Shown: positions 9,789 to 19,794 of the stretch, in pieces | Layout: each line of letters starts with the position of its first letter | How positions within the stretch are numbered: position 1 is the first letter of the stretch | Assembly: GCA_049512935.1 (NCBI GenBank) | Contig: JBEKWR010000001.1 | Location: forward strand, 1-64,000 | Length of the DNA: 64,000 nucleotides | Direction of reading: 5' to 3' | DNA from: Candidatus Bathyarchaeia archaeon | GTDB taxonomy: Archaea; Thermoproteota; Bathyarchaeia; Bathyarchaeales; Bathycorpusculaceae | Program-made: the position numbers and the translations under genes | Notes under the pieces: model-generated | What the model saw: only the letters and a program-made list of their open reading frames with translations | Database searches by the model: none | Told to the model about the DNA's origin: nothing

Positions 9789-10162
9789 AGGGCAGAATAA
9801 TCTACGGAGGCAAAGCAGAGGGAGAAGCGCTCGTGACAGGGCAGCCCATCTCTTTCTACGGCGGAGTCGACCCAGCCACGGGCGTCGTCATCGAGAAAGG
9901 ACACGAGCTGCAGGGTCAAAGCGTCAAAGGAAAAATCCTCGTGTTCCCCACTGGCAAAGGCTCAACCGTTGGCAGCTACACGCTGTACCGAATGAAGAAG
10001 AACGGCACCGCACCCGCAGGCATGGTCAACAGGGAATGCGAAACCGTCGTAGCCGTCGGAGCGATAATCAGCGAAATCCCCTGCGTAGACAAAGTCGATA
10101 TCTCGAAAATAAAAACGGGCGTCAAAATCCAAATAGATACCGATTGCATTATTCTATTATAA
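9776..10162 (+). CDS. Aconitase X swivel subunit (DUF126; phosphomevalonate dehydratase small subunit)
   Basis: ATG at 9776 overlaps the upstream gene; ISFYGGVDP.TG and GKGSTVGSY motifs. Confidence 0.9.
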   Translation: MEQLKGRIIYGGKAEGEALVTGQPISFYGGVDPATGVVIEKGHELQGQSVKGKILVFPTGKGSTVGSYTLYRMKKNGTAPAGMVNRECETVVAVGAIISEIPCVDKVDISKIKTGVKIQIDTDCIILL

Positions 10163-10236
10163 GAATTGTTTTTTCCAATTTTTTGGAACATTTGCCAGTC
10201 AAAGCAGATTAAAAATGAGACCCATCAAAACTTAGG

Positions 10237-10914
10237 CTACTTTTGGCTGGGCGCTTCGGCTCTTATATGACCCAAATGAGTTGCGAGGTAGGCGGACAGG
10301 ACTCCTATCCAGAGAAGAACAGACCCGAGGAAGAGCCTCTCGGTGAGCCCGCCTATTCGCCCGTTCAGATGCGGAAACGCGAAAGGCAACCCGAACTCGA
10401 CAACCCAAAGGACTATAACGATTATTGACAGCGGCAGCGCCACACGTTTCAAGCCTTCAAGCGTCCCTTTTCCCGGCAGTTTCTGCGAGATGGCCAGTGT
10501 TCCGAATGCTCCGCCGATGAAGGCGATGATGGCGACGACAAGGTGAATCGCCCCGTGCCACGACACCGGCGTTGCTGGAACGTCGGTTGGGAAAATTGCA
10601 AGGAGGATCGCTCCGACAGCCCACGCGCCGAGCAGGTAGGTGCCTGTTCTAAATTGGGAGCGGGCAATCCCAGCTAAGTCCATTGTCCGAAGGAAAGCGA
10701 AGATGAACAGCAGAGAGAGCACGCCTCGGTTAAGGAAGTTCAGGGTCATGATGAACCCGTACTTGCCCACTGCAAGGTCGCTTTCGGCTTGGCTGATTGG
10801 GCTATAATGCGGCGGCAAAAGCTGAGCAACCACGTCGAGAACCACGTAAAGAACAATTCCTAAGATGACCTCCCAGAAAAGCCTTGCAGAACCCGATTTC
10901 TCAACGTTACCCAT
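10237..10914 (-). CDS. DUF998 family membrane protein
   Basis: YSPISQAESDLA, FPTD, HG.IH and GLTER motifs; about 5 TM segments. Confidence 0.8.
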   Translation of the reverse strand: MGNVEKSGSARLFWEVILGIVLYVVLDVVAQLLPPHYSPISQAESDLAVGKYGFIMTLNFLNRGVLSLLFIFAFLRTMDLAGIARSQFRTGTYLLGAWAVGAILLAIFPTDVPATPVSWHGAIHLVVAIIAFIGGAFGTLAISQKLPGKGTLEGLKRVALPLSIIVIVLWVVEFGLPFAFPHLNGRIGGLTERLFLGSVLLWIGVLSAYLATHLGHIRAEAPSQK

Positions 10915-10974
10915 TAACTAAACCGTCAGCTATTCGAGCAATTAAACTTGTTGCTCCGTTCGGGAAGTTCTTTT

Positions 10975-11436
10975 TCAGTCTATCGGCTTTGTCCATCCGC
11001 CGTTGCTGAATCTTGCCAGGCACCCGAATGGGAACGACAGTAGCAGGTCAATTACGGCGATGGTTGGCAGAAACGGCAGGCTAAAGGTTATTTTTAAAAC
11101 AAGGTTCAGGGTTGTGAACGCGAGGAACAAAAATAGGCCGTTGAGCCATATGCCTACTTGCCAGCCTCTTGTTTTGTGCATGCTGTTGATTAATGCAATG
11201 TTGGTTGCGCCCACAATTAACGGCTGAACAAAATACGTGACTGCTAGCAAGATTGCGAAGCCTATCGGGGGCAAATAGTTCATAAAAGACCCTTGCACAC
11301 TGCTAAGCCACGCTTGAATCACGATTAAAATAACCACCACTATTAAGCCTTGAATGAACAGCTTTTCCACTAGGCGCATCTTTCTGAAGTGGTTAAACAC
11401 GGTGTTGTCACTTAGCGTTCTGTGCAATCCAGTCAC
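10975..11436 (-). CDS. Hypothetical 4-TM membrane protein (true start probably near 11379-11400)
   Basis: Hydrophobic ORF coupled to the upstream glycoside-hydrolase-like gene. Confidence 0.65.
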   Translation of the reverse strand: MTGLHRTLSDNTVFNHFRKMRLVEKLFIQGLIVVVILIVIQAWLSSVQGSFMNYLPPIGFAILLAVTYFVQPLIVGATNIALINSMHKTRGWQVGIWLNGLFLFLAFTTLNLVLKITFSLPFLPTIAVIDLLLSFPFGCLARFSNGGWTKPID

Positions 11437-12337
11437 CTACCGCCGTTGCAGTCGGCGTTCCCCGAATCCCATAATTGTCAAGGTCGCTGTTCCAGTACAC
11501 GATCCAGCAGCCTTTAAGCCCCATGCTCTTGAAGAGGTTAAGCCCGCTGATTATGTAGTTTGTCTGAGCGGCGCTGTCGGCGGTTGACATGCCGAACTCA
11601 GTTATCACAACGTCTTTGTGGGTTATCTGCTGAAGGTTTTGAATGAAAAGCGGAGAAAGAACAAGAAACGAGTTCATGTAAATGTCTAACCCGACGAAAT
11701 TGAGCTTTTGGCTGAGATCAATCGGAATGTTACTTCTCAGGACAAAGCCAATTCCGAAGTTGGTGTAAAGCTGCACGTTAAGGTTGTGAGATTCCACCGT
11801 CGCGTAAAGGTTGTTGAAGGTGGAGATGATTTCGTCGTCTGTGAATAGGGCGCCGACATCCCAGCTGGAGGACGTTTCAGGCTCATTCATGATTTGAACG
11901 TACGTCAAGTTGCCGCCCCAGCGGCCAAGGTAGTAATTGACGTTGGCGGAGGTTTCATCGTTCGGAATCACAAGAGCAACGGCTAACCCGTAATGGCTGG
12001 TGGCTGAGAAAAGCATGTCCGTCTTCTGATTTATCTGGTCATCATAAACCAGCGGGTTACACTGGAAGTTTATGCGTATAACCTTGAAGCCTAACTCGTA
12101 GATCTGGGTAACTTGCCCGTAAATCATGCTGAGGTTATCCTGCTCGTAAACGTAGTGGATGCCCACTTGGAAATCCGAGTCCGTGTTTCTGTGGGCTGAC
12201 GCGTAAAAGTTGTAAGGGTAGAAAATTTGGATAAAGAAGAACAATACGCACAGGGTTATGACGATGAGGTTTTTTACCAAGCTTTTGTTTGTGAACCTAA
12301 CTAAACCTTGAAACAGGTTTGAGGCAAGCTTGCTCAT
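11408..12337 (-). CDS. Membrane-anchored clan GH-A-like glycoside hydrolase (TIM barrel)
   Basis: N-terminal TM; LGFKVIRI, MNEP (acid/base) and ITEFG (nucleophile) motifs. Confidence 0.7.
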   Translation of the reverse strand: MSKLASNLFQGLVRFTNKSLVKNLIVITLCVLFFFIQIFYPYNFYASAHRNTDSDFQVGIHYVYEQDNLSMIYGQVTQIYELGFKVIRINFQCNPLVYDDQINQKTDMLFSATSHYGLAVALVIPNDETSANVNYYLGRWGGNLTYVQIMNEPETSSSWDVGALFTDDEIISTFNNLYATVESHNLNVQLYTNFGIGFVLRSNIPIDLSQKLNFVGLDIYMNSFLVLSPLFIQNLQQITHKDVVITEFGMSTADSAAQTNYIISGLNLFKSMGLKGCWIVYWNSDLDNYGIRGTPTATAVGDWIAQNAK

Positions 12338-12474
12338 AGCCTATTGTGTATAGCTATTCCCCTTTTATATGTTAACGAAAGCAAGGGAGAAAATCGGCTA
12401 GCCGCAACCGAGAGGCATAGTTTTCTTGCAAAAGTAATTTATATTTTGAGAACCAATAGCCAAGCAGTGTCTGC

Positions 12475-14010
12475 ATGAAACGTCTCGCCTGTACAATTCT
12501 GATTGTAACGATTCTGGTGAGCGGGCTGCTTGCGGTTCAAAACGTTCATGCCCAAACCGGAATTGAAACCTTAACAACTAACACGGAATGGACAACGTCG
12601 ATGAGCCCAATCAACTTTAACGAGTCCATGATGATCAGCAGCGGCGTGACGTTAACGATTGATCCAGGCGTAACAGTCAACCTCGGAATGTACTCGCTAA
12701 TGGTGTATGGCACCTTAACCGCCCAAGGCGCCACCAACAACCAAATCACTCTCACAGACTCCACAAACGTGGGCAACCAGACCTTACAAAACGGCGTCAT
12801 CGCCACCATAGTTTTTTTCCCCTCAAGTACACCTTGGAATCCCGCCACCAACTCGGGGTCAATCATTCAAAACGCCGTGCTAGACGGAGTAAACGTTGAA
12901 ATGTCTTCTGCGTCTCCAGAAATCGACAGCAGCCTGTTTAACTATGCAAACCCTTCCATACCGCCTATCTCCAACAATGGGGGTTCACCAATAATCTCCA
13001 ACAACGTTATAGACTACAACACCCAGGGCTCATTCAGCGGCGTCGACAGCATAGCCGTCTACGGCGGAACCCCCCAGATAACAAGCGACCAGTTTGAAGG
13101 AGCCTTTTCAGGCTCAAGCAACAACGGCGTCTACGTCAGTTCGGGGACACCCATGATTTCGGACAACACTTTCGGCGCAGCGTACGGCAACAACAGCGTC
13201 GGCGTAAACGTAATCTCGGGTAATCCAACGATAACCAACAACCAGATGAACGGCAATGGATACCTCACCGGCGTCCTTGACGCCTCGACTACTCCTTTCA
13301 TGATTTCCAATAACGTGTTTTCAAGCTGTTTGTCAGGCGTTACGGCTCAAGCTGGAAGCGTGCTTACCATTGAAGGCAACCAGTTCCTGCGGGGAAACGA
13401 CGGAATAGACATTGCGGACCAAGCGACGTTAACAATCACCGGCAACCTTATCGACGGCAACTCGCGCTTCGGAATCAGCGGCGGGGGAACCATAAACTCA
13501 AACACGATCACCAACAATCAAGTGGGAATACACAACCCGACGACAGGCACCATAAACGAAAACAACATCGTGGCCAACACGGTCAACAGCATTCAGACAA
13601 CCGTCGAAAACATCAACGCACAGGACAATTGGTGGGGAACAACTGACACGGCAACAATCAACCAAACAATCTACGACACAAAGGCCGATCCCCGCCTAGG
13701 AACTGTCACGTTCGTTCCATTCTTGACCCAGCCGAGCCCGTCGGCACCTGCGATTCCATCTTACACGCCCACCATTACGCCGATTCCGACAACTTTGCTT
13801 ACGCCATCTCCAACCGCGGTCCCTGTAGATGCAACTCCGACTCCGACGCCAGTGCCGTACACGCAATCGTTCGCTTATCAAGTCGGCAGCTTGATAAACT
13901 GGAACTTAATCACAACCGCCGTGGCAGTTATAATGGCGCTTGTTTGGGCAATCGTAGTATTGGGTTACGCTGCGAAAAGTGGCATTTCGAAATACAAAGC
14001 CAAGAACTAA
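12475..14010 (+). CDS. Secreted right-handed parallel beta-helix protein with Pro/Thr stalk and C-terminal TM anchor
   Basis: Signal peptide, TLTIDPGVTV, repeated I.NN.I, NAQDNWWG, PT-rich linker, TM with basic tail. Confidence 0.85.
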   Translation: MKRLACTILIVTILVSGLLAVQNVHAQTGIETLTTNTEWTTSMSPINFNESMMISSGVTLTIDPGVTVNLGMYSLMVYGTLTAQGATNNQITLTDSTNVGNQTLQNGVIATIVFFPSSTPWNPATNSGSIIQNAVLDGVNVEMSSASPEIDSSLFNYANPSIPPISNNGGSPIISNNVIDYNTQGSFSGVDSIAVYGGTPQITSDQFEGAFSGSSNNGVYVSSGTPMISDNTFGAAYGNNSVGVNVISGNPTITNNQMNGNGYLTGVLDASTTPFMISNNVFSSCLSGVTAQAGSVLTIEGNQFLRGNDGIDIADQATLTITGNLIDGNSRFGISGGGTINSNTITNNQVGIHNPTTGTINENNIVANTVNSIQTTVENINAQDNWWGTTDTATINQTIYDTKADPRLGTVTFVPFLTQPSPSAPAIPSYTPTITPIPTTLLTPSPTAVPVDATPTPTPVPYTQSFAYQVGSLINWNLITTAVAVIMALVWAIVVLGYAAKSGISKYKAKN

Positions 14011-14122
14011 AAAAACGTGCTTCTCACGGCTCTTTTCGTTTTATCGAGGCAAGGGCTTCTTGGCTGTTCTCGTAATGCTTTTCAATGAGAGATTCAATAT
14101 TTCATGTGAAGGTGCAAGAATA

Positions 14123-14923
14123 TTGAACGAAGCGAAACCAGTTATCCTCAAACTCGGCGGCTCAGCCATCACCGACAAAACAGAGGAGGCAACCCCCCGA
14201 ACCGAAATCATAAACCGCCTAGCGGAGGAAATCAAGCGGGCTGACCTTGACAACCTCATAATCGTGCATGGCGGCGGCAGCTTCGGTCACCCGACCGCGG
14301 CGAAGTACGGCATAAAAGACGGGTACAAGGAGGACCCGACGCAGAAACTTGGTTTCGCTGAGACTCACCTCATGATGACGGTTCTGAACGGCTTAGTGAT
14401 GGATGCACTTATCTGGCATGAAGTTCCCGCCCTAAGCGTTGCGCCGTCAACATGCGTCGTCACAGACAACGGGAAAATCAAGTATTTTGACGATTCAGTT
14501 CTTCAAGCAATGATGAAGATGGCGTTCACCCCCGTGCTTTACGGCGACGTGGTTTTGGATGAGAAACTGGGTTTCACCGTGGTTTCAGGCGACCAGCTGG
14601 TGGCTTATTTGGCAATCAAATACAAAGCCAGCAAAATCGTCATCGGTGCAGATACTGACGGCCTTTTTGACTGTGACCCGAAGACCAATCCGAACGCTAA
14701 ACCCTACAAGCATTTAACGCTGACTGAGCTGAAGCAGATTCAGCCTAAGCTCGGCAAAGCAGCAGGTACGGATGTCACTGGCGGCATGGCGGGCAAAATC
14801 GCCGAGCTTATCCCAGCCATTGAAGCGGGTGTTCACGTTACCATAACGGGAGCCACTAAGGGGCTTTCAATTTACAGGGCGCTCACTGACCAAAGCATAT
14901 TAGGCACTGAGATCGAGAAGTAG
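14123..14923 (+). CDS. ipk: Isopentenyl phosphate kinase
   Basis: LKLGGSAITDK, VHGGGSFGH, GDVV, SGD and DVTGGMAGK; TTG at 14123 after a GAAGGTG SD. Confidence 0.93.
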   Translation: MNEAKPVILKLGGSAITDKTEEATPRTEIINRLAEEIKRADLDNLIIVHGGGSFGHPTAAKYGIKDGYKEDPTQKLGFAETHLMMTVLNGLVMDALIWHEVPALSVAPSTCVVTDNGKIKYFDDSVLQAMMKMAFTPVLYGDVVLDEKLGFTVVSGDQLVAYLAIKYKASKIVIGADTDGLFDCDPKTNPNAKPYKHLTLTELKQIQPKLGKAAGTDVTGGMAGKIAELIPAIEAGVHVTITGATKGLSIYRALTDQSILGTEIEK

Positions 14924-14927
14924 CATT

Positions 14928-16028
14928 ATGGTTGAAGAAACAGAGAAGCGCAAGGCAGACCACATAAGAATCTGCTTGGAAAAAAAAGCCCAGGCTAAAA
15001 AAGCCACCGCGGGCTTTGAAGATATCCAGCTTATCCACCGCGCCCTGCCAGAAGTTGACCGAGAAAAAATCAGCCTATCCACCATTTTCTTGGGCAAAAA
15101 ACTCGCCGCGCCCCTTATCGTCGGCGCCATGACGGGTGGAACGGAAGAAGCTACAAAAATAAACGCTTCAATCGCCCAAGCCGTGGAAGACCTGCATTTA
15201 GGTATGGGGGTTGGAAGCCAAAGAGCAGCCATCGAAGACAGCAAGCTCGAAGCCACCTACGCGGTGGCGCGCAAAAAAGCGCCGACTGCATTCTTAATCG
15301 CCAACATCGGCGGAGTCCAGCTCACGCACGGGTACGGGTTAAAAGAAGTCAAGAAAGCCGTGAAAATGATTGATGCTGACGCTGTCGCCATCCACATGAA
15401 TGCCTTGCAGGAAGCGGTTCAACCCGAAGGACAAACAAGCTTCAAAGGGGTCTTGGCGAAAATCGCTGAAATCGCAGGCGAAGTTGGCGTGCCCGTGATC
15501 GTTAAGGAAACGGGCTGCGGCATTTCAGCGGAGGACGCAAAAATGCTGGAGGCTGCAGGCGTCAAAGCCTTAGACGTCGGCGGAGTGGGTGGAACGAGTT
15601 TCGCAGCGGTTGAATACTATCGTTCAGCAAAAGGCAAAGTCATGGATGAGGCGTTCTGGGACTGGGGAATCCCAACCGTGGTAAGCCTTATCGAAACGAC
15701 GCAGTCGGTGAAGATTCCAGTGATTGCCTCAGGCGGAGTGCGAAGCGGCTTAGACGCGGCGAAGTGTTTAGCGTTAAACGCGTGTTTGGCAAGTCTAAGT
15801 CAGCCTGTGCTTGAAGCGTCAGTTAAGGGAGCGAAGGACACGCGGGAGCTGCTTGGCTGCTTAATTGATGAGTTGCGCAACGTGATGTTTCTTGTCGGAG
15901 CCCAAAACGTTGAAGCCCTAACTAAAGTGCCAGTTGTCGTGTCGGGTAAAACGGCGGAGTGGCTGAACATCCGAGGATTCGAGACCGCGAACTACGCCCA
16001 AAGGAGACCCGTACCGTTTGAATATTGA
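14928..16028 (+). CDS. fni: Type 2 isopentenyl-diphosphate delta-isomerase
   Basis: RKADHI, AMTGG, GVGSQRAA, QEAVQPEG, VKETGCG, GGTSFAAVE. Confidence 0.96.
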   Translation: MVEETEKRKADHIRICLEKKAQAKKATAGFEDIQLIHRALPEVDREKISLSTIFLGKKLAAPLIVGAMTGGTEEATKINASIAQAVEDLHLGMGVGSQRAAIEDSKLEATYAVARKKAPTAFLIANIGGVQLTHGYGLKEVKKAVKMIDADAVAIHMNALQEAVQPEGQTSFKGVLAKIAEIAGEVGVPVIVKETGCGISAEDAKMLEAAGVKALDVGGVGGTSFAAVEYYRSAKGKVMDEAFWDWGIPTVVSLIETTQSVKIPVIASGGVRSGLDAAKCLALNACLASLSQPVLEASVKGAKDTRELLGCLIDELRNVMFLVGAQNVEALTKVPVVVSGKTAEWLNIRGFETANYAQRRPVPFEY

Positions 16029-17088
16029 AAAGTACCTTGAAGAAAAAGCTCCTCTAATCGACAAAGCCATTGAAAAATACATTCCGCGAAAATTCACCAA
16101 GGACTCGGTTCTTTTCAAGGTTGACCCGCCGATGTACAGCTACAACCTGGAGCCACTCAACAAGGCAATCGCCGACCCCATCTGGGACATGCTGGACCGA
16201 GGCGGAAAAAGGTGGCGCCCAGCGCTTTTTCTGCTCATTTGTGAAGCGCTAGGCAAAGACTCAGACTACTTTCTGGATTTCTCAATTATCCCAGAAGTTA
16301 TCCATAACGGCACGCTGGTCATCGACGACATCGAGGACGCCTCAGAGCTTCGGCGGGGAAAACCGTGCACCTACAAAATCTTTGACACGGACATAGCGGT
16401 TAACTCTGGAGACGCAATGTACTATCTGCCTCTTCTGCCGCTCATGGCGCAACATGCAAAGCTCACGCCCCAAGTTCGCGCGGACACCTACGAGGTTTAC
16501 GTGCAAGAAATGATCAACCTCAGCATGGGGCAGGCGATGGACATCGCATGGCACAAAGGCATAGCCAACGCTGACAGGCTACGCGAAGAAGATTACCTTC
16601 AGATGTGCGCTTACAAAACAGGAACCCTCGCGCGCATGGCGGCGAAAATGGCGGCGGTCTTATCGGGCGCCGACAAGCCGTTGGTGGAAAAACTTGGTCG
16701 TTTAGCGGAAAGCATCGGGGTAGCCTTTCAGATGCAAGATGACATCTTGGATTTGACAGGCGTTGACTTCGCGAAGAAAAAGGGCGGGGTAGGGCAAGAC
16801 ATCACCGAGGGCAAAAGAACCCTAATGGTCATCTACACGCTCAGCAAGGCGAACGCTGCCGACAAGAAGCGGCTTACCGAAATACTTGGCATGCACACCT
16901 CCGAGCAAGCCTTGCGTGACGAAGCCATTGCGTTGATGCAGAAGCACGGAGCCATCGAACACGTCAAACGCACCGCGGAGAGAATCGTTGAGGAAAGCTG
17001 GATCGAAGCTGAAAAGCTGCTGCCTACGCCTGAAGCTAAGGAAAAATTAAAAGCGTTCGCTGAATTCTTGATTAAACGAAATAAGTAG
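16018..17088 (+). CDS. idsA: Polyprenyl (geranylgeranyl) diphosphate synthase
   Basis: GGKRWRP, DDIED..RRG, GQAMD, KT and FQMQDD motifs. Confidence 0.92.
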   Translation: MNIEKYLEEKAPLIDKAIEKYIPRKFTKDSVLFKVDPPMYSYNLEPLNKAIADPIWDMLDRGGKRWRPALFLLICEALGKDSDYFLDFSIIPEVIHNGTLVIDDIEDASELRRGKPCTYKIFDTDIAVNSGDAMYYLPLLPLMAQHAKLTPQVRADTYEVYVQEMINLSMGQAMDIAWHKGIANADRLREEDYLQMCAYKTGTLARMAAKMAAVLSGADKPLVEKLGRLAESIGVAFQMQDDILDLTGVDFAKKKGGVGQDITEGKRTLMVIYTLSKANAADKKRLTEILGMHTSEQALRDEAIALMQKHGAIEHVKRTAERIVEESWIEAEKLLPTPEAKEKLKAFAEFLIKRNK

Positions 17089-17108
17089 TTTATGCGAGCG
17101 TAAACGGT

Positions 17109-18872
17109 TTGGCACTAGAAAACGATAATGACCTTAAAGAGCAAATTAGGAAAGCCGCCCTCCTCAACGCGGTTTCCCACGACGGCAAGGCTCAAGCAGG
17201 CGCCTTGATAGGCAAGATTCTCGGCGAAAGAGCCGACCTGCGGTCAAGAATCAAGGAGCTTTCAGGCGTCATCGGCACAGTCGTAAACGAAGTCAACAGC
17301 CTCTCTTTTTCGGAGCAGAGGGAGATTGTTGAGAAAAACTGGCCTGAAACGCAGAGGAAGGAGAAGGCTGAAGAAAAACGTCTCCCGCCTTTGCCGAACG
17401 CCGACAAGTACCCACTCATCGTGACGCGGTTTTCTCCGAACCCTGACTGCGTCTTGCATTTGGGTTCAGCCAGAGCCATCCTTCTGAGCCAAGAGTACGC
17501 GCGCATGTACAACGGGAAATTCATCTTGCGCTTCGAGGACACGGATCCGAAGGTGAAGCGTCCATCGCTGGTTTTCTACGACAGCATCAGGCAGGATTTG
17601 AAGTGGCTCGGCTGCAGAGTCGACGAGGAATACATCCAAAGCGACCGACTCCCCATCTACTACGAATACACGGAGCGGCTAATCGGAGACGGCAACGCGT
17701 ACGTCTGCGAGTGCCCTGCTGAACAGTTCCATAACACAACCTTGGCTAAACAAGCCTGCCCCTGCCGAAACCTGCCAGCCTCTGAGCATCTGGAACGTTG
17801 GCACCGCATGCTGAGCGGCGGCTACCAAGAAGGCGAAGCCGTGGTTCGCGTCAAAACCGAGATTGAACATCCGAACCCAGCCGTCAGGGATTGGCCTGCC
17901 CTGCGCATAATTGACACAAAGAAGTATCCTCATCCAAGGGTGGGAAGCAAATACGTGGTTTGGCCCCTCTACAACCTGGCGGCGGGCTTAGACGACCACC
18001 TGATGGGCATGACTCACATCATCCGAGGCAAAGAACACTACACCAACATGATCCGCCAAAAATACATGTACCAGCACCTCGGCTGGCAATACCCAGAAGC
18101 GATACATTACGGCAGACTAAAAATCACAGGCGCGTTTCTCAGCAAATCAAAAATCGTCCAAGGGGTAAAAGACGGAACCTACACGGGCTACGATGACCCT
18201 CGGCTTGGAACTTTCGCGGCTCTGAGGAAACGCGGCATCACGCCTGAAGCCATCAAGAAAATGATAATCGACGTCGGCCCGAAACCCAACGATGTCACCC
18301 TAAGCTGGGAAAACCTGTTCTCGTACAACCGAAAAATCCTCGACGCCACAAGCAACAGATACTTCTTTGTCGCCGAGCCTGTGGAGCTTAAAGTTTTAGG
18401 TGTGCCCAAAAGCTTCCAGCCGAAACTTCCACTGCACCCAGATAAGCCTGAGCGGGGCTTCAGAGAATATACAGTTGCAATAGAGGGTGAAGAGAAAGTG
18501 GCAAGTTTTTGGGTTTCAAGAAAAGATGCAGAAGCGATGGAAAATGGACAAGTTATTAGGCTCATGGAACTCTTCAACGTCAAAATCGAAAGCAAAGCCG
18601 GCTTAGTACTAGCTGATTTGGTGCTAGCAACATTCTCAAGCGAATCCTATGAGGACGTGAGAAAAATCAAAGTTCAGCTTATCCAGTGGATTCCCAAGGG
18701 TGAAGAGTTCCCGTGCCAGGTTGTTATGCCTGATGCGTCGGTCACCGAGGGGTTTGCGGAGAGCGCCTGCAAAAAGTTAAAGCCAGACGCCATTATACAG
18801 TTTGAACGTTTCGGATTCACACGCGTAGATGCGGTAGATCAGAAAATGGTCACGTATTACGCTCACAAGTGA
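17109..18872 (+). CDS. gltX: Glutamate--tRNA ligase (archaeal type)
   Basis: TRFSPNP..LHLG, RFEDTDP, HIIRGKEH, LSKS, QFERFGF. Confidence 0.96.
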   Translation: MALENDNDLKEQIRKAALLNAVSHDGKAQAGALIGKILGERADLRSRIKELSGVIGTVVNEVNSLSFSEQREIVEKNWPETQRKEKAEEKRLPPLPNADKYPLIVTRFSPNPDCVLHLGSARAILLSQEYARMYNGKFILRFEDTDPKVKRPSLVFYDSIRQDLKWLGCRVDEEYIQSDRLPIYYEYTERLIGDGNAYVCECPAEQFHNTTLAKQACPCRNLPASEHLERWHRMLSGGYQEGEAVVRVKTEIEHPNPAVRDWPALRIIDTKKYPHPRVGSKYVVWPLYNLAAGLDDHLMGMTHIIRGKEHYTNMIRQKYMYQHLGWQYPEAIHYGRLKITGAFLSKSKIVQGVKDGTYTGYDDPRLGTFAALRKRGITPEAIKKMIIDVGPKPNDVTLSWENLFSYNRKILDATSNRYFFVAEPVELKVLGVPKSFQPKLPLHPDKPERGFREYTVAIEGEEKVASFWVSRKDAEAMENGQVIRLMELFNVKIESKAGLVLADLVLATFSSESYEDVRKIKVQLIQWIPKGEEFPCQVVMPDASVTEGFAESACKKLKPDAIIQFERFGFTRVDAVDQKMVTYYAHK

Positions 18873-18875
18873 GAG

Positions 18876-19205
18876 ATGAATGTCATGAAAAAACTCGACA
18901 AAGCAATAATTTGGCCAATCTACTTTGACGCGAACAAAACCAGAAGAAACGGGCGCCGAGTGCCGAAGAACTTAGCCGTGCAGTCACCTAAAATTGACGA
19001 GGTCAAACTGGCAGTCGATCGATTGGGCTTAAAAAACGAGGTCAGGCTTGAAGCTCATTTCCCCAGGATTCCATGGGCTAAAACGGGAATGCTGCTTGTT
19101 GAGAAGAAAGAGTCGAAAGAAAAGATAATTCAGAAAATCGCTAAACAGCTAACGAAGATTAAAAGCGCGCAAAATGCGCCTGCAAAACCGCAACAGAAAT
19201 TTTAG
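18876..19205 (+). CDS. srp19: Signal recognition particle protein SRP19
   Basis: IIWPIYFDANKTRRNGRRVPK.LAV..P. Confidence 0.93.
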   Translation: MNVMKKLDKAIIWPIYFDANKTRRNGRRVPKNLAVQSPKIDEVKLAVDRLGLKNEVRLEAHFPRIPWAKTGMLLVEKKESKEKIIQKIAKQLTKIKSAQNAPAKPQQKF

Positions 19206-19597
19206 CTTTTCTCTTTGCCAATCAAGACCGCGTTGATGATGCCGTCGTTGCCTGGGCGACTGGTAACTTTTGCTAAGCCCAAGCTGGTTTCGATTTCTGC
19301 GCCTTTAGTGATGACGCCTCTGCGGTTGTAGTCGACGTTCGCTCCGTTGCGGACGACACGGGTGATTTCCGCTTTCTCGGTTTTGCCCGTTTTAGGGTCA
19401 GTTACCGAAGCGAACTTGTCGCTCAACACTTTGACTTTGGTGTTGCCGCCGAAGCCTCGGGTGGTCTTCCTTTTTGGTTCACCCAGAATGGTTTCCGCTG
19501 GGTACCCGCCTGCCTCATACTTTTTCTTGACGCGGTAGGCTCTTTTTTTGCCGCCTGTAAGTTTGCGTTTGCGTAAAGTGCCATGCCAAACAGACAT
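19202..19597 (-). CDS. rps8e: 30S ribosomal protein eS8
   Basis: RKLTGGK, RGFGGN.K, VITKGAEIET, VTSRPGNDG.INAVL. Confidence 0.97.
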   Translation of the reverse strand: MSVWHGTLRKRKLTGGKKRAYRVKKKYEAGGYPAETILGEPKRKTTRGFGGNTKVKVLSDKFASVTDPKTGKTEKAEITRVVRNGANVDYNRRGVITKGAEIETSLGLAKVTSRPGNDGIINAVLIGKEKS

Positions 19598-19706
19598 TAT
19601 TTCACATTTCCCTACGAATAGTTAATTCGAGCATTCACTAAAACAATGGATTTCCATATAAACATATCCGTTTCAACGCCGCGGGTTGCAGATTGTTTTT
19701 GTTAAA

Positions 19707-19793
19707 GGGCTCTTTCTTTTTCCCTTCCTCGACGACTACACTGAATACACTGGCTGAGGTAAATTTTCTTTTGGGAATTAGCTCCCTTAGCCC
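19707..19793 (-). pseudogene. Remnant of a PIN-domain (DUF3368-like) toxin
   Basis: Frame GLRELIPKRKFTSASVFSVVVEEGKKK aligns by eye with GL..FKELDGEKLTSLLVKSEVVDAGKNK of the 25969 toxin; no start or C-terminus. Confidence 0.55.
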
Positions 19794-19794
19794 A

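Noticed and set aside
19598-19700. Possible SRP RNA next to rps8e/srp19
   Set aside because: Too short and AT-rich; no helix 6/8 motifs
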